From Erysipelotrichaceae bacterium (lineage in GTDB: Bacteria > Bacillota_I > Bacilli_A > Erysipelotrichales > Erysipelotrichaceae): DNA of 64,000 nucleotides. The stretch's first letter is position 1. Each line of letters opens with the position of its first letter. The stretch lies in assembly GCA_017459795.1 (NCBI GenBank), contig JAFUCG010000127.1, positions 13,514-77,513 of the forward strand. Direction: 5' to 3'. Position numbers and translations under genes: made by a program. This document shows, in pieces, positions 8,562 to 18,754 of this stretch. The notes under the pieces were generated by a model that worked only from the letters and a program-made list of their open reading frames with translations, was not told the origin of the DNA and ran no database searches.

Positions 8562-10003
8562 GGATGATCCTCCTTAAGTATGTCCTTTATTTCAATCATG
8601 TCATTAATAAGCTTATTTGGCTGACTGTCTTCCAGTTCCTTTCTCTTTAATTCGTTTGAAACAAACGCAATTGAGAATACACCGGCATTCTTGGCACAAA
8701 CAACATCTGATCCGCTGTCACCAACATAAATCGTATTTGACATGCTATAACCTAATTCACTGTATGCCTTTACCAGTGTTTCCTTATCAGGCTTTGGATT
8801 ATTCACCTTATCAACACCGATTATTACATCAAAATATTCTTCCAGTCCGCAGACCTTTAAGCCTAACTTAACTGTCTCTGTTTTCTTGCTTGAAGCGATG
8901 GCAATTGGATAACCTTCCTGCTTTAACCAGGCCAGTAATTCAGGCACGTTTTTAATTGGCTGTACTACACCATTTAAATGAGCCTTATGATTGCTCTCAC
9001 GGTATTCCTTTACCAGCATTTCCGTATCAAATTCAGGTGCATATTTCTGGAAACTCTGCTGCAAGGTTGGCCCCAGAAATGAAACCAGATCTTCCTGTGT
9101 TAATACCAGTTCAGGCTTATACTTACCTAACACTTCCGTGAAACTGGCAAAGATGGCCTTTTCTGTATCCAGTAATGTACCGTCCAAGTCGAATAATACT
9201 GCCGGTTTCTGACTGCTGGTAAACTTCTTAAAGGCTCCAAGTAAGCCAGCCAGGCCGATCACAAAGCCCGCAATTCCAAGGATCTGGGCTGTTTTCAAAC
9301 CACCGGTAGTAAGTGAGTCCGTGCGGAAGTGTTCAATGAAGAAACGAATTGCTCCATACCAGGCCAGATAGCCAAAGAAGCCATTGCCTCTCATCTTCTT
9401 ACCATGTCTTCTGTATAACTGAATCAGGATCCAGCCTAATACACATAAACAGCTTTCAAAGAAGAACATTGGCATTCTGTACTGGCCATCAATCAACATT
9501 CCCTTCTTAATGAAACCTAAGATGCCTGAGAAGAAGCTTTCATCAACAGTAGGGCCGTAACATTCGCCATTTGCGAAGTTGCCCCATCTGCCGATGGCCT
9601 GGGCCAGTAGTACATGCGGCAGAATCATATCTGCCAGATGCATGAACTGAAAGTTATGTTTCTTACCGTAGAAATAGGCAAAGGCAATTCCTGCCATTAC
9701 CCCACCCTGTATTGCCAGACCGCCTTTCCAGATCTGAATGATGCTGATTGGATCAGTCAGATAGCTCTGCAGATCTGAGAATAATACATACCAGATTCTG
9801 GCACCCAATATGCCAAAACCCATGCAGCCGACAAACAGGTCGTCAATTGTGTCCTTTGGATAACCGGCCTTATTGACTTCCAGTGAGCCAAGATAATAGG
9901 CCAGTAAGGCACCTGACATGATCAGTACTGCGTACCATCTGATGTCAATGTTGCCGATTGAAAGAAAAATCTCTCTGCTGGGAAAAAACTGCATTTTAAT
10001 CAT
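8540..10003 (-). CDS. lgt: Fusion protein: prolipoprotein diacylglyceryl transferase (Lgt) plus a HAD-superfamily phosphatase (PpaX/Gph-like)
   Basis: The first ~265 aa are polytopic with Lgt signatures (GRWGNFANGE, HFRTDS). The remaining C-terminal residues carry HAD motifs LFDLDGTLLDT, IASSKK and YVGDSGSDVVCAKNAG. Confidence 0.85.
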   Translation of the reverse strand: MIKMQFFPSREIFLSIGNIDIRWYAVLIMSGALLAYYLGSLEVNKAGYPKDTIDDLFVGCMGFGILGARIWYVLFSDLQSYLTDPISIIQIWKGGLAIQGGVMAGIAFAYFYGKKHNFQFMHLADMILPHVLLAQAIGRWGNFANGECYGPTVDESFFSGILGFIKKGMLIDGQYRMPMFFFESCLCVLGWILIQLYRRHGKKMRGNGFFGYLAWYGAIRFFIEHFRTDSLTTGGLKTAQILGIAGFVIGLAGLLGAFKKFTSSQKPAVLFDLDGTLLDTEKAIFASFTEVLGKYKPELVLTQEDLVSFLGPTLQQSFQKYAPEFDTEMLVKEYRESNHKAHLNGVVQPIKNVPELLAWLKQEGYPIAIASSKKTETVKLGLKVCGLEEYFDVIIGVDKVNNPKPDKETLVKAYSELGYSMSNTIYVGDSGSDVVCAKNAGVFSIAFVSNELKRKELEDSQPNKLINDMIEIKDILKEDHPWTYNMM

Positions 10004-10931
10004 TTCCTTTCTGTTCTTCTATGAAATGAGTCAGTCTGTGGCGAAAGTTTTCAGCTGAATCCTTTCCCTTCTGACGCATGATAATGTTACTTACTGCTGC
10101 TTCGATCATGGCAGCTACTGAACGGCCTTCACCAATCGGAATATTAAGTTTCGGTATTTCAATGCCAAACAGGGTTTCAACCTGTTCGTTATTAAAGCCT
10201 AGCCTGTCGTATTCATCTTCCGGATTTAACTTGCTTAAGTTAATGATGCAGGCGATGTCCGTTTTACCGGTAGTTGACATGCCGCCAAACATGTCGGAAA
10301 TGTTAAGCAGGCCTACGCCTCTTAATTCCAGCATGTCCTTTAATACTTCTGCCGGCTGACCGAATATCTGGTTATGAGCACGGAAAACATCAACTCTGTC
10401 ATCCGCAACCAGAATGTGACCCTTCTTGATCAGTTCAAGAGCGATTTCACTTTTGCCCACTCCTGATTCACCGGTGATCAGAACCCCACGGCCATATACC
10501 TGTAACAGTACGCCATGCAAGCTCTGCACAGGGGCAAACTTTTCTTCCAGATAGGACAGTAATTCAACAATAAGTGAATTAGTCTGGGCATAGGAAGAAA
10601 AGATTGGGAAATTCTTCCGGTAAGCTATTTCATACAGAATCCTTGGACAAGGCAAGTCACGGGAAATGAGGATCATAGGAATGTCGTCTCTGGTTAAGAA
10701 CTCAAAGACGCTTCTCTGCTGCTGCTCACTCATTCTGGTGTTGATGTAGCTTGTTTCCTTTTCACCTATGACAACGATTCGACCGTTAGGCATTTCAAAA
10801 TAGCCTGACAGTTCCAGTCCAGGTCTGTTGATATCTCCTTCAGTTACTTTTCTGTTCAATGCTTCATCATTGCCGCAGACAATGCGGTATTTGAAGTAGT
10901 CATGAACATCTCTGACATATACATCCTTCAA
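9996..10931 (-). CDS. hprK: HPr kinase/phosphorylase
   Basis: 311 aa with the P-loop GESGVGKSE. It sits immediately upstream of lgt, as in Bacillus. Confidence 0.95.
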   Translation of the reverse strand: MKDVYVRDVHDYFKYRIVCGNDEALNRKVTEGDINRPGLELSGYFEMPNGRIVVIGEKETSYINTRMSEQQQRSVFEFLTRDDIPMILISRDLPCPRILYEIAYRKNFPIFSSYAQTNSLIVELLSYLEEKFAPVQSLHGVLLQVYGRGVLITGESGVGKSEIALELIKKGHILVADDRVDVFRAHNQIFGQPAEVLKDMLELRGVGLLNISDMFGGMSTTGKTDIACIINLSKLNPEDEYDRLGFNNEQVETLFGIEIPKLNIPIGEGRSVAAMIEAAVSNIIMRQKGKDSAENFRHRLTHFIEEQKGND

Positions 10932-10933
10932 AA

Positions 10934-13777
10934 CTATCTACCCTCCAAAATTCTCTTCAGGTACTGACCTGTGTAGCTGTTTTCACACTGAGCTACCTTT
11001 TCCACAGTTCCACAAGCTACTACCGTACCACCTTCATCGCCGCCTTCAGGTCCTAAGTCAATGATGTAATCAGCACTCTTGATGATGTCCAGATTATGTT
11101 CAATAACTAATACGGTATCACCATGGTCAACGATTCTCTGTAATACAGACAACAGTTTTTCAACGTCATAGCTATGTAAGCCGGTAGTCGGTTCATCTAA
11201 TACAAACAGGGTCTTACCTGTAGCCTTACGCTGTAATTCTGAAGCCAGCTTTACTCTCTGGGCTTCACCGCCGGAAATTGTCGTAGCTGACTGCCCCAGT
11301 TTCATGTAGCCTAAGCCAACATCAATGAGAGTCTGCAGCTTTGTTCTGATCTTTGGAACTGAGGAGAAGAATTCAAGTGCTTCTTCACCGGTCATTTCCA
11401 ATACGTCATATATGTTCTTGCCCTTGAATCTTACCTGTAAGGTTTCATCATTGTATCTGGTACCGTGACACTCTTCACAAGGCACATAGACATCAGGCAA
11501 AAAGTTCATTGAAATCCTCTTTACGCCATCACCCTGACAGGCTTCACATCTGCCGCCTGGAACATTGAATGAGAATCTGCCCTTTTCATAGCCTCTCATC
11601 TTGGCATCAGGTGTCTGCGCAAACAGATCTCTTATGTCATCAAATACGCCGGTATATGTTGCCGGGTTACTTCTAGGAGTACGGCCGATAGGATCCTGGT
11701 CAATAATGATGATCTTATCCAGGTTTTCAATGCCGGTTATTTTCTTTACCTTACCAGGCTTTACCTTCTGTCTGCCCATGGCCTTCTGAACACTCTTGCC
11801 TAATACTTCATTGACCAAGGTACTCTTACCGCTTCCTGATACGCCGGTAACACAGATGAAGGTTCCTAATGGCATGTCAACGTTGATTTTCTTGAGGTTG
11901 TTTTCTTCTGCACCTCTGATCTTAATGAACTTGCCGTTTCCCTTTCTTCTCTTTTCCGGAATCGCAATCTTTCTTTTACCTGACAGATACTGACCGGTAA
12001 TGCTGTCAGGACAGTTGATGATGTCCTTGCTGGGACCGTTGTAAATGATGTTACCGCCATGAACGCCGGCCATCTGGCCAACGTCAACGATCCAGTCACA
12101 CTGTCTCATGGTATCTTCATCATGTTCAACAACGATCAATGTATTGCCCAGATCTCTCATGCTCTTTAAGGTCTGTAACAGCTTGTCGTTATCCTTCTGA
12201 TGCAGGCCAATGCTTGGTTCATCAAGAACATAGAGAACACCTGTCAGCTTTGAACCTACCTGGGTAGCCAGTCTGATACGCTGAGCTTCACCACCGGAAA
12301 GAGTTCCAGCCATTCTGTCCAAGGCCAGATATTCAAGACCTACGTCCTGTAAGAACTTGAGTCTGTTATATATTTCCTTTAATACCAGATCACCGATCTT
12401 CTTCTGTGATTCGGTAAGCTCAAGATTCTCAATGAATTCAACAGCCTGCTTGATGGACATCTGAGTCCATTCAATGATGTTCTTACCGCCAACTCTGACA
12501 CTTAGGGCCATGTCGTTAAGTCTATGACCGTGACAGGTTGGACAGGTAAGTTCAGCCATGTAAGAGCCATACCATTCACGGCTCATGGCGCTTGTTGTTT
12601 CCTGATATCTTCTTTCAATTAAGGTTACGGCACCTTCAATGAAGGCTGTCTTCTTATATGACATGCCTCCTCTGGTGTTAATTTCATATGTAATAGGTCT
12701 ATCTGAACCGTACAGGATCAGATTCATTTCCTTCTTGGTAAAGTCCTTTAAAGGCTTATCAAGATCTATCTTATAATGCTTCAGTAAGGCATTGAAGTTC
12801 TGCCATTCAACATTTTCCGTATCAACGATGTTCTTATAGTAGTTCAAACCGCCCTGTCTGATGCTCTTTACAGGGTTAGGCATTAAGATATCCAGATCAA
12901 CCTTCTGCTTAAAGCCCAAGCCGTTACAGTCCGGGCAGGCACCTAATGGTGAGTTAAATGAAAACAGTCTTGGTTCCAGCTTAGGAACTGAGAAACCGCA
13001 GTACTTACAGGCATAGTTGGTTGAGAACAATAATTCCTGATCGCCAACCTTAACCACAACCAAGCCTTCAGTCAAACCCAAGGCTGTTTCAATTGAGTCA
13101 TGGATACGGGAACGGTTTTCTTCCTTCTTAACCATTCTGTCAACAACGACATTGATGTCGTGCTTGATGTTCTTATCAAGAACAATGTCTTCTTCCAGAA
13201 GCTTCATGTCACCATCGATTTCAGCTCTGATGAAGCCATCTTTTCTTAACTTCTCCAGTAAGTCCTTATGGCTGCCCTTCTTCTGTTTCATGACAGGAGC
13301 CATGACGACTAATCTTGACCCGTCTTCCAGATCCATTACCTGATCAACCATCTGCTTGATAGTCTGTGAGGTAATTGGGATGTTATGGTTAGGACAGTAT
13401 GGAACACCTATTCTGGCATATAAAAGACGCAGATAGTCATATATTTCAGTAACTGTTCCAACGGTTGAACGCGGGTTGTTATTGGTTGATTTCTGGTCGA
13501 TGGCAATGGCCGGTGAAAGGCCTTCAATACTGTCAACATCAGGCTTGTCCACATTGCCCAGGAACTGTCTGGCATAGGTACTTAAAGATTCAATGTATCT
13601 TCTCTGCCCTTCAGCATAAATCGTGTCAAAAGCCAGCGATGTCTTACCGCTGCCGCTTAAACCTGTCATTACGACGAACTTGTTTCTCGGTATTTCCAAA
13701 GAGACATTTCTCAAGTTGTTCTCTCTGGCTCCCTTTATAATAATCTTATCCTGTTCCATGTTACCATTATACCCCAT
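10934..13777 (-). CDS. uvrA: Excinuclease ABC subunit A
   Basis: Two ABC modules (GLSGSGKTSLAF, GVSGSGKSTLV), zinc-finger CxxC pairs and LSGGEAQR twice. The start may instead be the MEQDK ATG at 13759. Confidence 0.97.
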   Translation of the reverse strand: MGYNGNMEQDKIIIKGARENNLRNVSLEIPRNKFVVMTGLSGSGKTSLAFDTIYAEGQRRYIESLSTYARQFLGNVDKPDVDSIEGLSPAIAIDQKSTNNNPRSTVGTVTEIYDYLRLLYARIGVPYCPNHNIPITSQTIKQMVDQVMDLEDGSRLVVMAPVMKQKKGSHKDLLEKLRKDGFIRAEIDGDMKLLEEDIVLDKNIKHDINVVVDRMVKKEENRSRIHDSIETALGLTEGLVVVKVGDQELLFSTNYACKYCGFSVPKLEPRLFSFNSPLGACPDCNGLGFKQKVDLDILMPNPVKSIRQGGLNYYKNIVDTENVEWQNFNALLKHYKIDLDKPLKDFTKKEMNLILYGSDRPITYEINTRGGMSYKKTAFIEGAVTLIERRYQETTSAMSREWYGSYMAELTCPTCHGHRLNDMALSVRVGGKNIIEWTQMSIKQAVEFIENLELTESQKKIGDLVLKEIYNRLKFLQDVGLEYLALDRMAGTLSGGEAQRIRLATQVGSKLTGVLYVLDEPSIGLHQKDNDKLLQTLKSMRDLGNTLIVVEHDEDTMRQCDWIVDVGQMAGVHGGNIIYNGPSKDIINCPDSITGQYLSGKRKIAIPEKRRKGNGKFIKIRGAEENNLKKINVDMPLGTFICVTGVSGSGKSTLVNEVLGKSVQKAMGRQKVKPGKVKKITGIENLDKIIIIDQDPIGRTPRSNPATYTGVFDDIRDLFAQTPDAKMRGYEKGRFSFNVPGGRCEACQGDGVKRISMNFLPDVYVPCEECHGTRYNDETLQVRFKGKNIYDVLEMTGEEALEFFSSVPKIRTKLQTLIDVGLGYMKLGQSATTISGGEAQRVKLASELQRKATGKTLFVLDEPTTGLHSYDVEKLLSVLQRIVDHGDTVLVIEHNLDIIKSADYIIDLGPEGGDEGGTVVACGTVEKVAQCENSYTGQYLKRILEGR

Positions 13778-14271
13778 TACTGCTTATCTTCTACATCCAA
13801 TTGCATGATGTAGTCATCCATTACATATCCTGAACCGATGTCACTTACAACTGTGTCAATGACCTTAAAACCAAAGTGTTCATACATGCCAAAGGTAGGG
13901 TTGTGCTTGTTTACGGTCAGGTAAAAAGAACGGTATTGAGGGTAAATGGCAATGACATCTTCCAACAGCTTTCTGCCTAGTCCCAAACCCCTGTATTCTT
14001 CAAGAAGATAGAGTTTGGAAATGAAAACTCTTTTTTCTTCCCTTACACTTCCCGTATAGCCTGCCAGCTTATCATCAACGTATAAGCCTCTGTAAATGTA
14101 CCCTTCACTTATCTGCTTTCTGAAAGCTGCTTCATTCTGAAACATGGCAATCATGTAATTAACCTGATCAACGCCAATCAAACCGTCATATGACTGATGC
14201 CATACCTTTACGGCAACCTGTTCAAGTTCAGCCAGTTCACCGGCTTTTACCGTTCTAATTTTCTGTTTCAT
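13777..14271 (-). CDS. GNAT family N-acetyltransferase
   Basis: Acetyl-CoA motif YRGLGLGRKLL. The start is at MKQKIRT, after a GGAGG RBS. Confidence 0.85.
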   Translation of the reverse strand: MKQKIRTVKAGELAELEQVAVKVWHQSYDGLIGVDQVNYMIAMFQNEAAFRKQISEGYIYRGLYVDDKLAGYTGSVREEKRVFISKLYLLEEYRGLGLGRKLLEDVIAIYPQYRSFYLTVNKHNPTFGMYEHFGFKVIDTVVSDIGSGYVMDDYIMQLDVEDKQ

Positions 14272-14445
14272 AAGCAACCTCCAAATCATTTTGAACATTA
14301 TATCTCAGAACCGTTAATTGCGATACTGAAATACTTCAAAATTATAACATGTACTTGAACATATTTCTAGTTGATTCAAGTACTCATTATGATGTTGTTT
14401 TGTGTATACAGGACTTTTTACTTCTATATAATAATGATAAATATA

Positions 14446-14454
14446 TGATATAAT
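14446..14454 (+). promoter_or_regulatory. Candidate extended -10 element (TGaTATAAT) for the plus-strand TelA-type cluster
   Basis: TGATATAAT lies about 25 nt upstream of the GGAAGGAG RBS. There is no good -35. Confidence 0.35.
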
Positions 14455-14479
14455 TATTAAGATGGAAGGAGTGAGTATA

Positions 14480-15469
14480 ATGGGTTGGTTAATTATGATG
14501 TTTATCGCACTCTCACTTGCTGTTCCAATGTTTGGAATATTTTTTGCAATACTCTCATCCGGTATCGATCTGATCACCGGATTAATAAGCATGGCTGTAC
14601 CTGCCTACATAGTTTACGCAATAATCAGAGCCATCAAGAGCAACATTGATAAGAAGAAAGCCAGAGTTAACAGATCAACAAAAAGAGTTAACTCAAATGA
14701 AGACATAAAGATCATCACCAATTTAAGAAACTACTTTAAGAATGATGCCAGACTGTACTTCGATGATGAGACATACATTGAGCCTGCAGATCCTGACAAC
14801 ATCAACTTTGATACATTGCAGCTTTACATGCGTGATGAGCACATTTCATCCCTTGCTGATTACAAGTCCGCTTTCCCTAGTTCATTCAATACCTTCATCG
14901 ACATGGTAAATGACTATGCCAAGCGTAACAGAAACAGAAAGAGCACAACTTCAAAGCCTGTTACCGATACACCTACGGAAACAAAGAAAAAGGCCGAGAT
15001 CACCAAGGATGCTCAGTTCTACATTGACAAGATCACTGAACTGAACAATTCAATCGAGGAAAAGCACATTACTGATGACTTATACGAGACTGTTCTCTAT
15101 CTGTCACAGATCAAGAAAATTGAAGACACCTTCCCTAAGTGCAAGGAAAAGACGACCAAGCTTTACCAGTATTATCTGCCAATGCTGACGGAAATCTTAG
15201 AAAACTACAAGCGCTTAAGCATTAACGCTGACCTGCACAAGGAATTCAAGGAAAACGAAGACCGTCTGTTAAAGACTCTGGTTCTGATCAACAGTGCCCT
15301 CAAGACGCTTACCCAGAACCTGTGTGACGAATACTATACTGAACTTTCAGTTGACATGAAGACTCTTGAAGCCTTACTGAAGAAGGATGGTCTGGCAACT
15401 GATGAAATGACTTTTGAAAACTTTAAGAAAGAAAATAAAAAGGATGAGCAGGTGAAGTCAAATGGCTAG
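14480..15469 (+). CDS. Membrane-anchored XpaC-like protein (5-bromo-4-chloroindolyl phosphate hydrolysis protein family, distant)
   Basis: Two N-terminal TM segments. The C-terminal helical region carries YQYYLPMLTEILENYKRL, which parallels YYYLPTVEKLLGRYDEIE of the second XpaC-like gene at 18083. Confidence 0.5.
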   Translation: MGWLIMMFIALSLAVPMFGIFFAILSSGIDLITGLISMAVPAYIVYAIIRAIKSNIDKKKARVNRSTKRVNSNEDIKIITNLRNYFKNDARLYFDDETYIEPADPDNINFDTLQLYMRDEHISSLADYKSAFPSSFNTFIDMVNDYAKRNRNRKSTTSKPVTDTPTETKKKAEITKDAQFYIDKITELNNSIEEKHITDDLYETVLYLSQIKKIEDTFPKCKEKTTKLYQYYLPMLTEILENYKRLSINADLHKEFKENEDRLLKTLVLINSALKTLTQNLCDEYYTELSVDMKTLEALLKKDGLATDEMTFENFKKENKKDEQVKSNG

Positions 15470-15998
15470 ACAGAAGATTTACACTGATCCACTGGATGAA
15501 TTACTCGACAAGTTAAGTAACGGTGACTTCGTTGACCAGTCTGTTCACGAATTCAATGAAACCGTTAATGATACCGTTAAGGGTTATCAGTCATCAAGAA
15601 GATCAAGAGGAACCACTAATTCCTATACCAAATCAACATATTCCACCAAGAGACCGGTCATTAAGTCTGAGTATGAGAATGCTCAGTACATCAGCCGCTT
15701 TGAACAGGTAACTACATGTCTTAACAACCTGGACTTTACAGGTTACGCAGCCGGCAAGAAAGACGGCTACCAGCAGTGCATTGAACGTTACATTCAGCTG
15801 GTAAAGGAAAATCAGAATGACCTAAGAAAAGTGGAAACATTCGTCAATGACGACATTTCAACATGTGCTTCAAAGATGCGTACGGTTACTGTTGACGGCT
15901 ACACACAGGGCTATTACGATGCCTTAGCCATGGTCAAGAAGGTGCTGTACAATTCAAAGCTTGCCCGTTTAAGAGAATTATCAAATAAATTGAAGTAG
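15462..15998 (+). CDS. Hypothetical protein, translationally coupled to the upstream gene
   Basis: 178 aa. Its ATG overlaps the upstream stop (AATGGCTAG). No motif recognised. Confidence 0.6.
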   Translation: MARQKIYTDPLDELLDKLSNGDFVDQSVHEFNETVNDTVKGYQSSRRSRGTTNSYTKSTYSTKRPVIKSEYENAQYISRFEQVTTCLNNLDFTGYAAGKKDGYQQCIERYIQLVKENQNDLRKVETFVNDDISTCASKMRTVTVDGYTQGYYDALAMVKKVLYNSKLARLRELSNKLK

Positions 15999-16007
15999 GT
16001 ATTAGTT

Positions 16008-18059
16008 ATGGCAAACAAGAAAGATGATAAGGAAAAACTGATGGAGCAGGTCTTTGGTAAGGGTGCTCCTAACCGTAAGATAACTGAAGAAGACCTGAAG
16101 GCTTTACAATATAATCCATTCGAAGGCCAGCAGCTTTCTGAAGAGTGGAAGGCCATAGAAGAAAACAGTAAGAAGCTTCAGGCCGAAACAAAGAAGATCC
16201 TGGAAAAATATACGGAAGAAGATTTCGAAAAGCTGAAAAGCGAATTAAGAAAGGACTTTGGTGATACCTTACCTGTTGAACAGCAGGAAAACCTCACCAT
16301 TGTTCATAACCAGATGGAATTAAACGAAAAGTTTGAAGCCATTGAAGCAGAATTAAACAAGCAGGTATTATGCCAGAATGAATATAACCATGCCCTGGTA
16401 ACGGCGATGAGAAGACCTACTGTCATGGGTGTTCAGCCAAGCGGCTTGAAGGCTGCCATCCTGATCAGCGGTCAGAAGGCTACCGGCAGACACACTTCCG
16501 TTAACCTTGTCACAAAACTATTGAGTGAACAGGAGATCCTGGCAAACGGTTATATTTCCGTAATCGACTTAGGCCAGTATGGCGGTAAGGAAGATGAATC
16601 TAATCTGATTCAGGACTTATATACAGCCATCAACAAGTCACAGGTCATCATTTTTGATAATGTTGATCAGGTAGCCGCCGGTTTCCTGCCATACATTCAG
16701 GAAATCGTTACCGATGGCGAATTAACCCTGAACAAGAGATATACCCTTTCCAATAAGCAGCTGGTTGAAACAGCCAACACCTTGGTAAAGGATACCGTTA
16801 AGTCATTAAGCTTCAAGGGCAAATACCTTGTCTTCATGACAACATATAAGATCGATAAGTTACTGGAAGTAGTAGGTGCCAGATTCATTAATACAATGAG
16901 CGATGTCATTAAGACAAAGGACATCGTAAAGGACGACATCGAAGTAATCTACCCTGCAAAGTTACAGGACTTCCAGAAGAAGTGTTCTGAAAACCTCAAG
17001 ATCGAGGTGGAAGTTGACAAGAAGGTTCAGAAATACGTTGAAGACAACTTCATTGACAGTGAGAACGTCACATTCGTAATGAACTTCTTCAACAGATGTT
17101 ATGAAGCATTAGCTGAATACAAGTTACAGAACATCAAGGATGAAACCATTTCTCTGAAGATGACTGTAAAGAACAATCTGATTCACTTCGTAGACGGTGA
17201 AGCCAATAAGACCATGGATGACTTATTGCCAAAGGTACTTGCAGATGCCAAGGAAGAAGTCAGAAAGGAACTGGACCAGTTAGTAGGTCTGACCGAAATC
17301 AAGCAGTACATCCTGTCCCTGGAAGATTTCTATGAAGCTCAGAAGTTAAGAGAAAAACAGGGTTTGAAAACAACCGAAGTATCTAAGCACATGATATTTA
17401 CCGGTAACCCTGGTACAGGTAAGACAACCATTGCCAGATTAATTGCCAAGTACTTAAAGGCCATTGGCGTATTAAGCAACGGCCAGTTGATTGAAGTATC
17501 AAGAAATGATCTGGTAGGTAAATACTTAGGCCACACTGCCCCACAGACCATGCAGGTAATCAAGAGTGCCATGGGCGGTATCTTATTCATCGATGAAGCC
17601 TATTCTCTTTACAGAGGAAACAATGACTCTTTCGGTTTGGAGGCAATAGATACATTAGTTAAGGCCATGGAAGATAACCGAGATGACTTAATCGTCATCC
17701 TGGCCGGCTATACCAGAGAAATGAAGGAATTTTTGGAATCCAACTCAGGCTTGGCATCCAGATTCCCTAACCAGATCGAGTTCCCTGACTATACTGCCGA
17801 AGAGCTCTATCAGATCACTGAGATCCAGGCCAAGAGCAAGGGATACAAGCTTGATGGGGCCATTAAGGAACCTTTAACTGAATACTTTGCCAAGATTCAG
17901 GCTTCAAATGCCCAGCGCAGCGGTAACGGACGATTAGCCAGAAATGTAGTTGAAGAGGCTATCATTCACCAGTCAAAACGTATCATAAATGATAAGAATG
18001 CACCGCTGGACTTGCTGCTTCTTGAGGACCTTGATTTGGAAATTAAAGATAAGATATAA
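16008..18059 (+). CDS. AAA+ ATPase of the SpoVK/CbbX/EccA type, with an extra degenerate N-terminal AAA-like module
   Basis: The C-terminal module has Walker A GNPGTGKTT, Walker B ILFIDEAY and LAGYTREM...SRFP. The upstream module has ISGQKATGRHT and VIIFDNVD, which are non-canonical. Confidence 0.85.
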   Translation: MANKKDDKEKLMEQVFGKGAPNRKITEEDLKALQYNPFEGQQLSEEWKAIEENSKKLQAETKKILEKYTEEDFEKLKSELRKDFGDTLPVEQQENLTIVHNQMELNEKFEAIEAELNKQVLCQNEYNHALVTAMRRPTVMGVQPSGLKAAILISGQKATGRHTSVNLVTKLLSEQEILANGYISVIDLGQYGGKEDESNLIQDLYTAINKSQVIIFDNVDQVAAGFLPYIQEIVTDGELTLNKRYTLSNKQLVETANTLVKDTVKSLSFKGKYLVFMTTYKIDKLLEVVGARFINTMSDVIKTKDIVKDDIEVIYPAKLQDFQKKCSENLKIEVEVDKKVQKYVEDNFIDSENVTFVMNFFNRCYEALAEYKLQNIKDETISLKMTVKNNLIHFVDGEANKTMDDLLPKVLADAKEEVRKELDQLVGLTEIKQYILSLEDFYEAQKLREKQGLKTTEVSKHMIFTGNPGTGKTTIARLIAKYLKAIGVLSNGQLIEVSRNDLVGKYLGHTAPQTMQVIKSAMGGILFIDEAYSLYRGNNDSFGLEAIDTLVKAMEDNRDDLIVILAGYTREMKEFLESNSGLASRFPNQIEFPDYTAEELYQITEIQAKSKGYKLDGAIKEPLTEYFAKIQASNAQRSGNGRLARNVVEEAIIHQSKRIINDKNAPLDLLLLEDLDLEIKDKI

Positions 18060-18082
18060 TTTATTTAAAGGAGAGGATGCTT

Positions 18083-18739
18083 ATGTTACAAGCGCCAAAG
18101 GAAACAATAATCAAAAAGGTTCAGAACCCAAAAACGTTCTATTCCATAGCGGCTGTCTGGGCCATTGGTACCCTGTTTTTACCAATGTATAAGTTCTTAA
18201 GTTACATCATTCTGGCTGTGATCAGTGTAGTAGCTTACATTGCCTTAAGAATGTTTGTGTTCCCTGATCAGGAAGTTGAAGTAGAAGTTGAAACACCACG
18301 TTCATTCTTCTCTCAATTACAGAAGCAGTTCATTGAAGACGGCACAAAGTCACTTAAGAACATTGTTGAACTTAATAAGAAAATTGATAACAGTGAGCTT
18401 AACAATGACGTTAACGAACTGGTCAAGACCTCTGATAAGATCCTTGATTATGTTTACGAACATGAGCAGGCTGCCAGCGGTTTACGTAAGCTTATCTACT
18501 ATTACCTGCCAACCGTAGAAAAACTGTTGGGCAGATATGATGAAATTGAAGAACAGGATGCTTCAAATGTTCTAGACAGTAAGAAAAAGATCGAAGACAT
18601 CATCAAGACTACTTCTACTGCCTTCAAGAACCAGCTTGAAGCACTGTATGACACTGATACTCTTGACATCAACAGTGAAGTCAAGGTACTGGAACAGATT
18701 TATGTAAGAGAGGGTTTGATTGACCCTGAAGATAAATAA
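18083..18739 (+). CDS. xpaC: XpaC-like membrane protein
   Basis: Two TM segments followed by a helical domain. It lies directly upstream of the TelA/YaaN homolog, matching the xpaC-yaaN order of B. subtilis. The start is either 18077 or 18083; 18083 has better spacing to the GGAGAGG RBS. Confidence 0.6.
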   Translation: MLQAPKETIIKKVQNPKTFYSIAAVWAIGTLFLPMYKFLSYIILAVISVVAYIALRMFVFPDQEVEVEVETPRSFFSQLQKQFIEDGTKSLKNIVELNKKIDNSELNNDVNELVKTSDKILDYVYEHEQAASGLRKLIYYYLPTVEKLLGRYDEIEEQDASNVLDSKKKIEDIIKTTSTAFKNQLEALYDTDTLDINSEVKVLEQIYVREGLIDPEDK

Positions 18740-18754
18740 TAAAGAAGAAAGGAA

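Noticed and set aside
14314-14592. 92-aa minus-strand ORF.
   Set aside because: It overlaps the promoter, RBS and 5' end of the plus-strand XpaC-like gene. It has odd low-complexity Ile/Asn-rich composition and no RBS. It is probably spurious.
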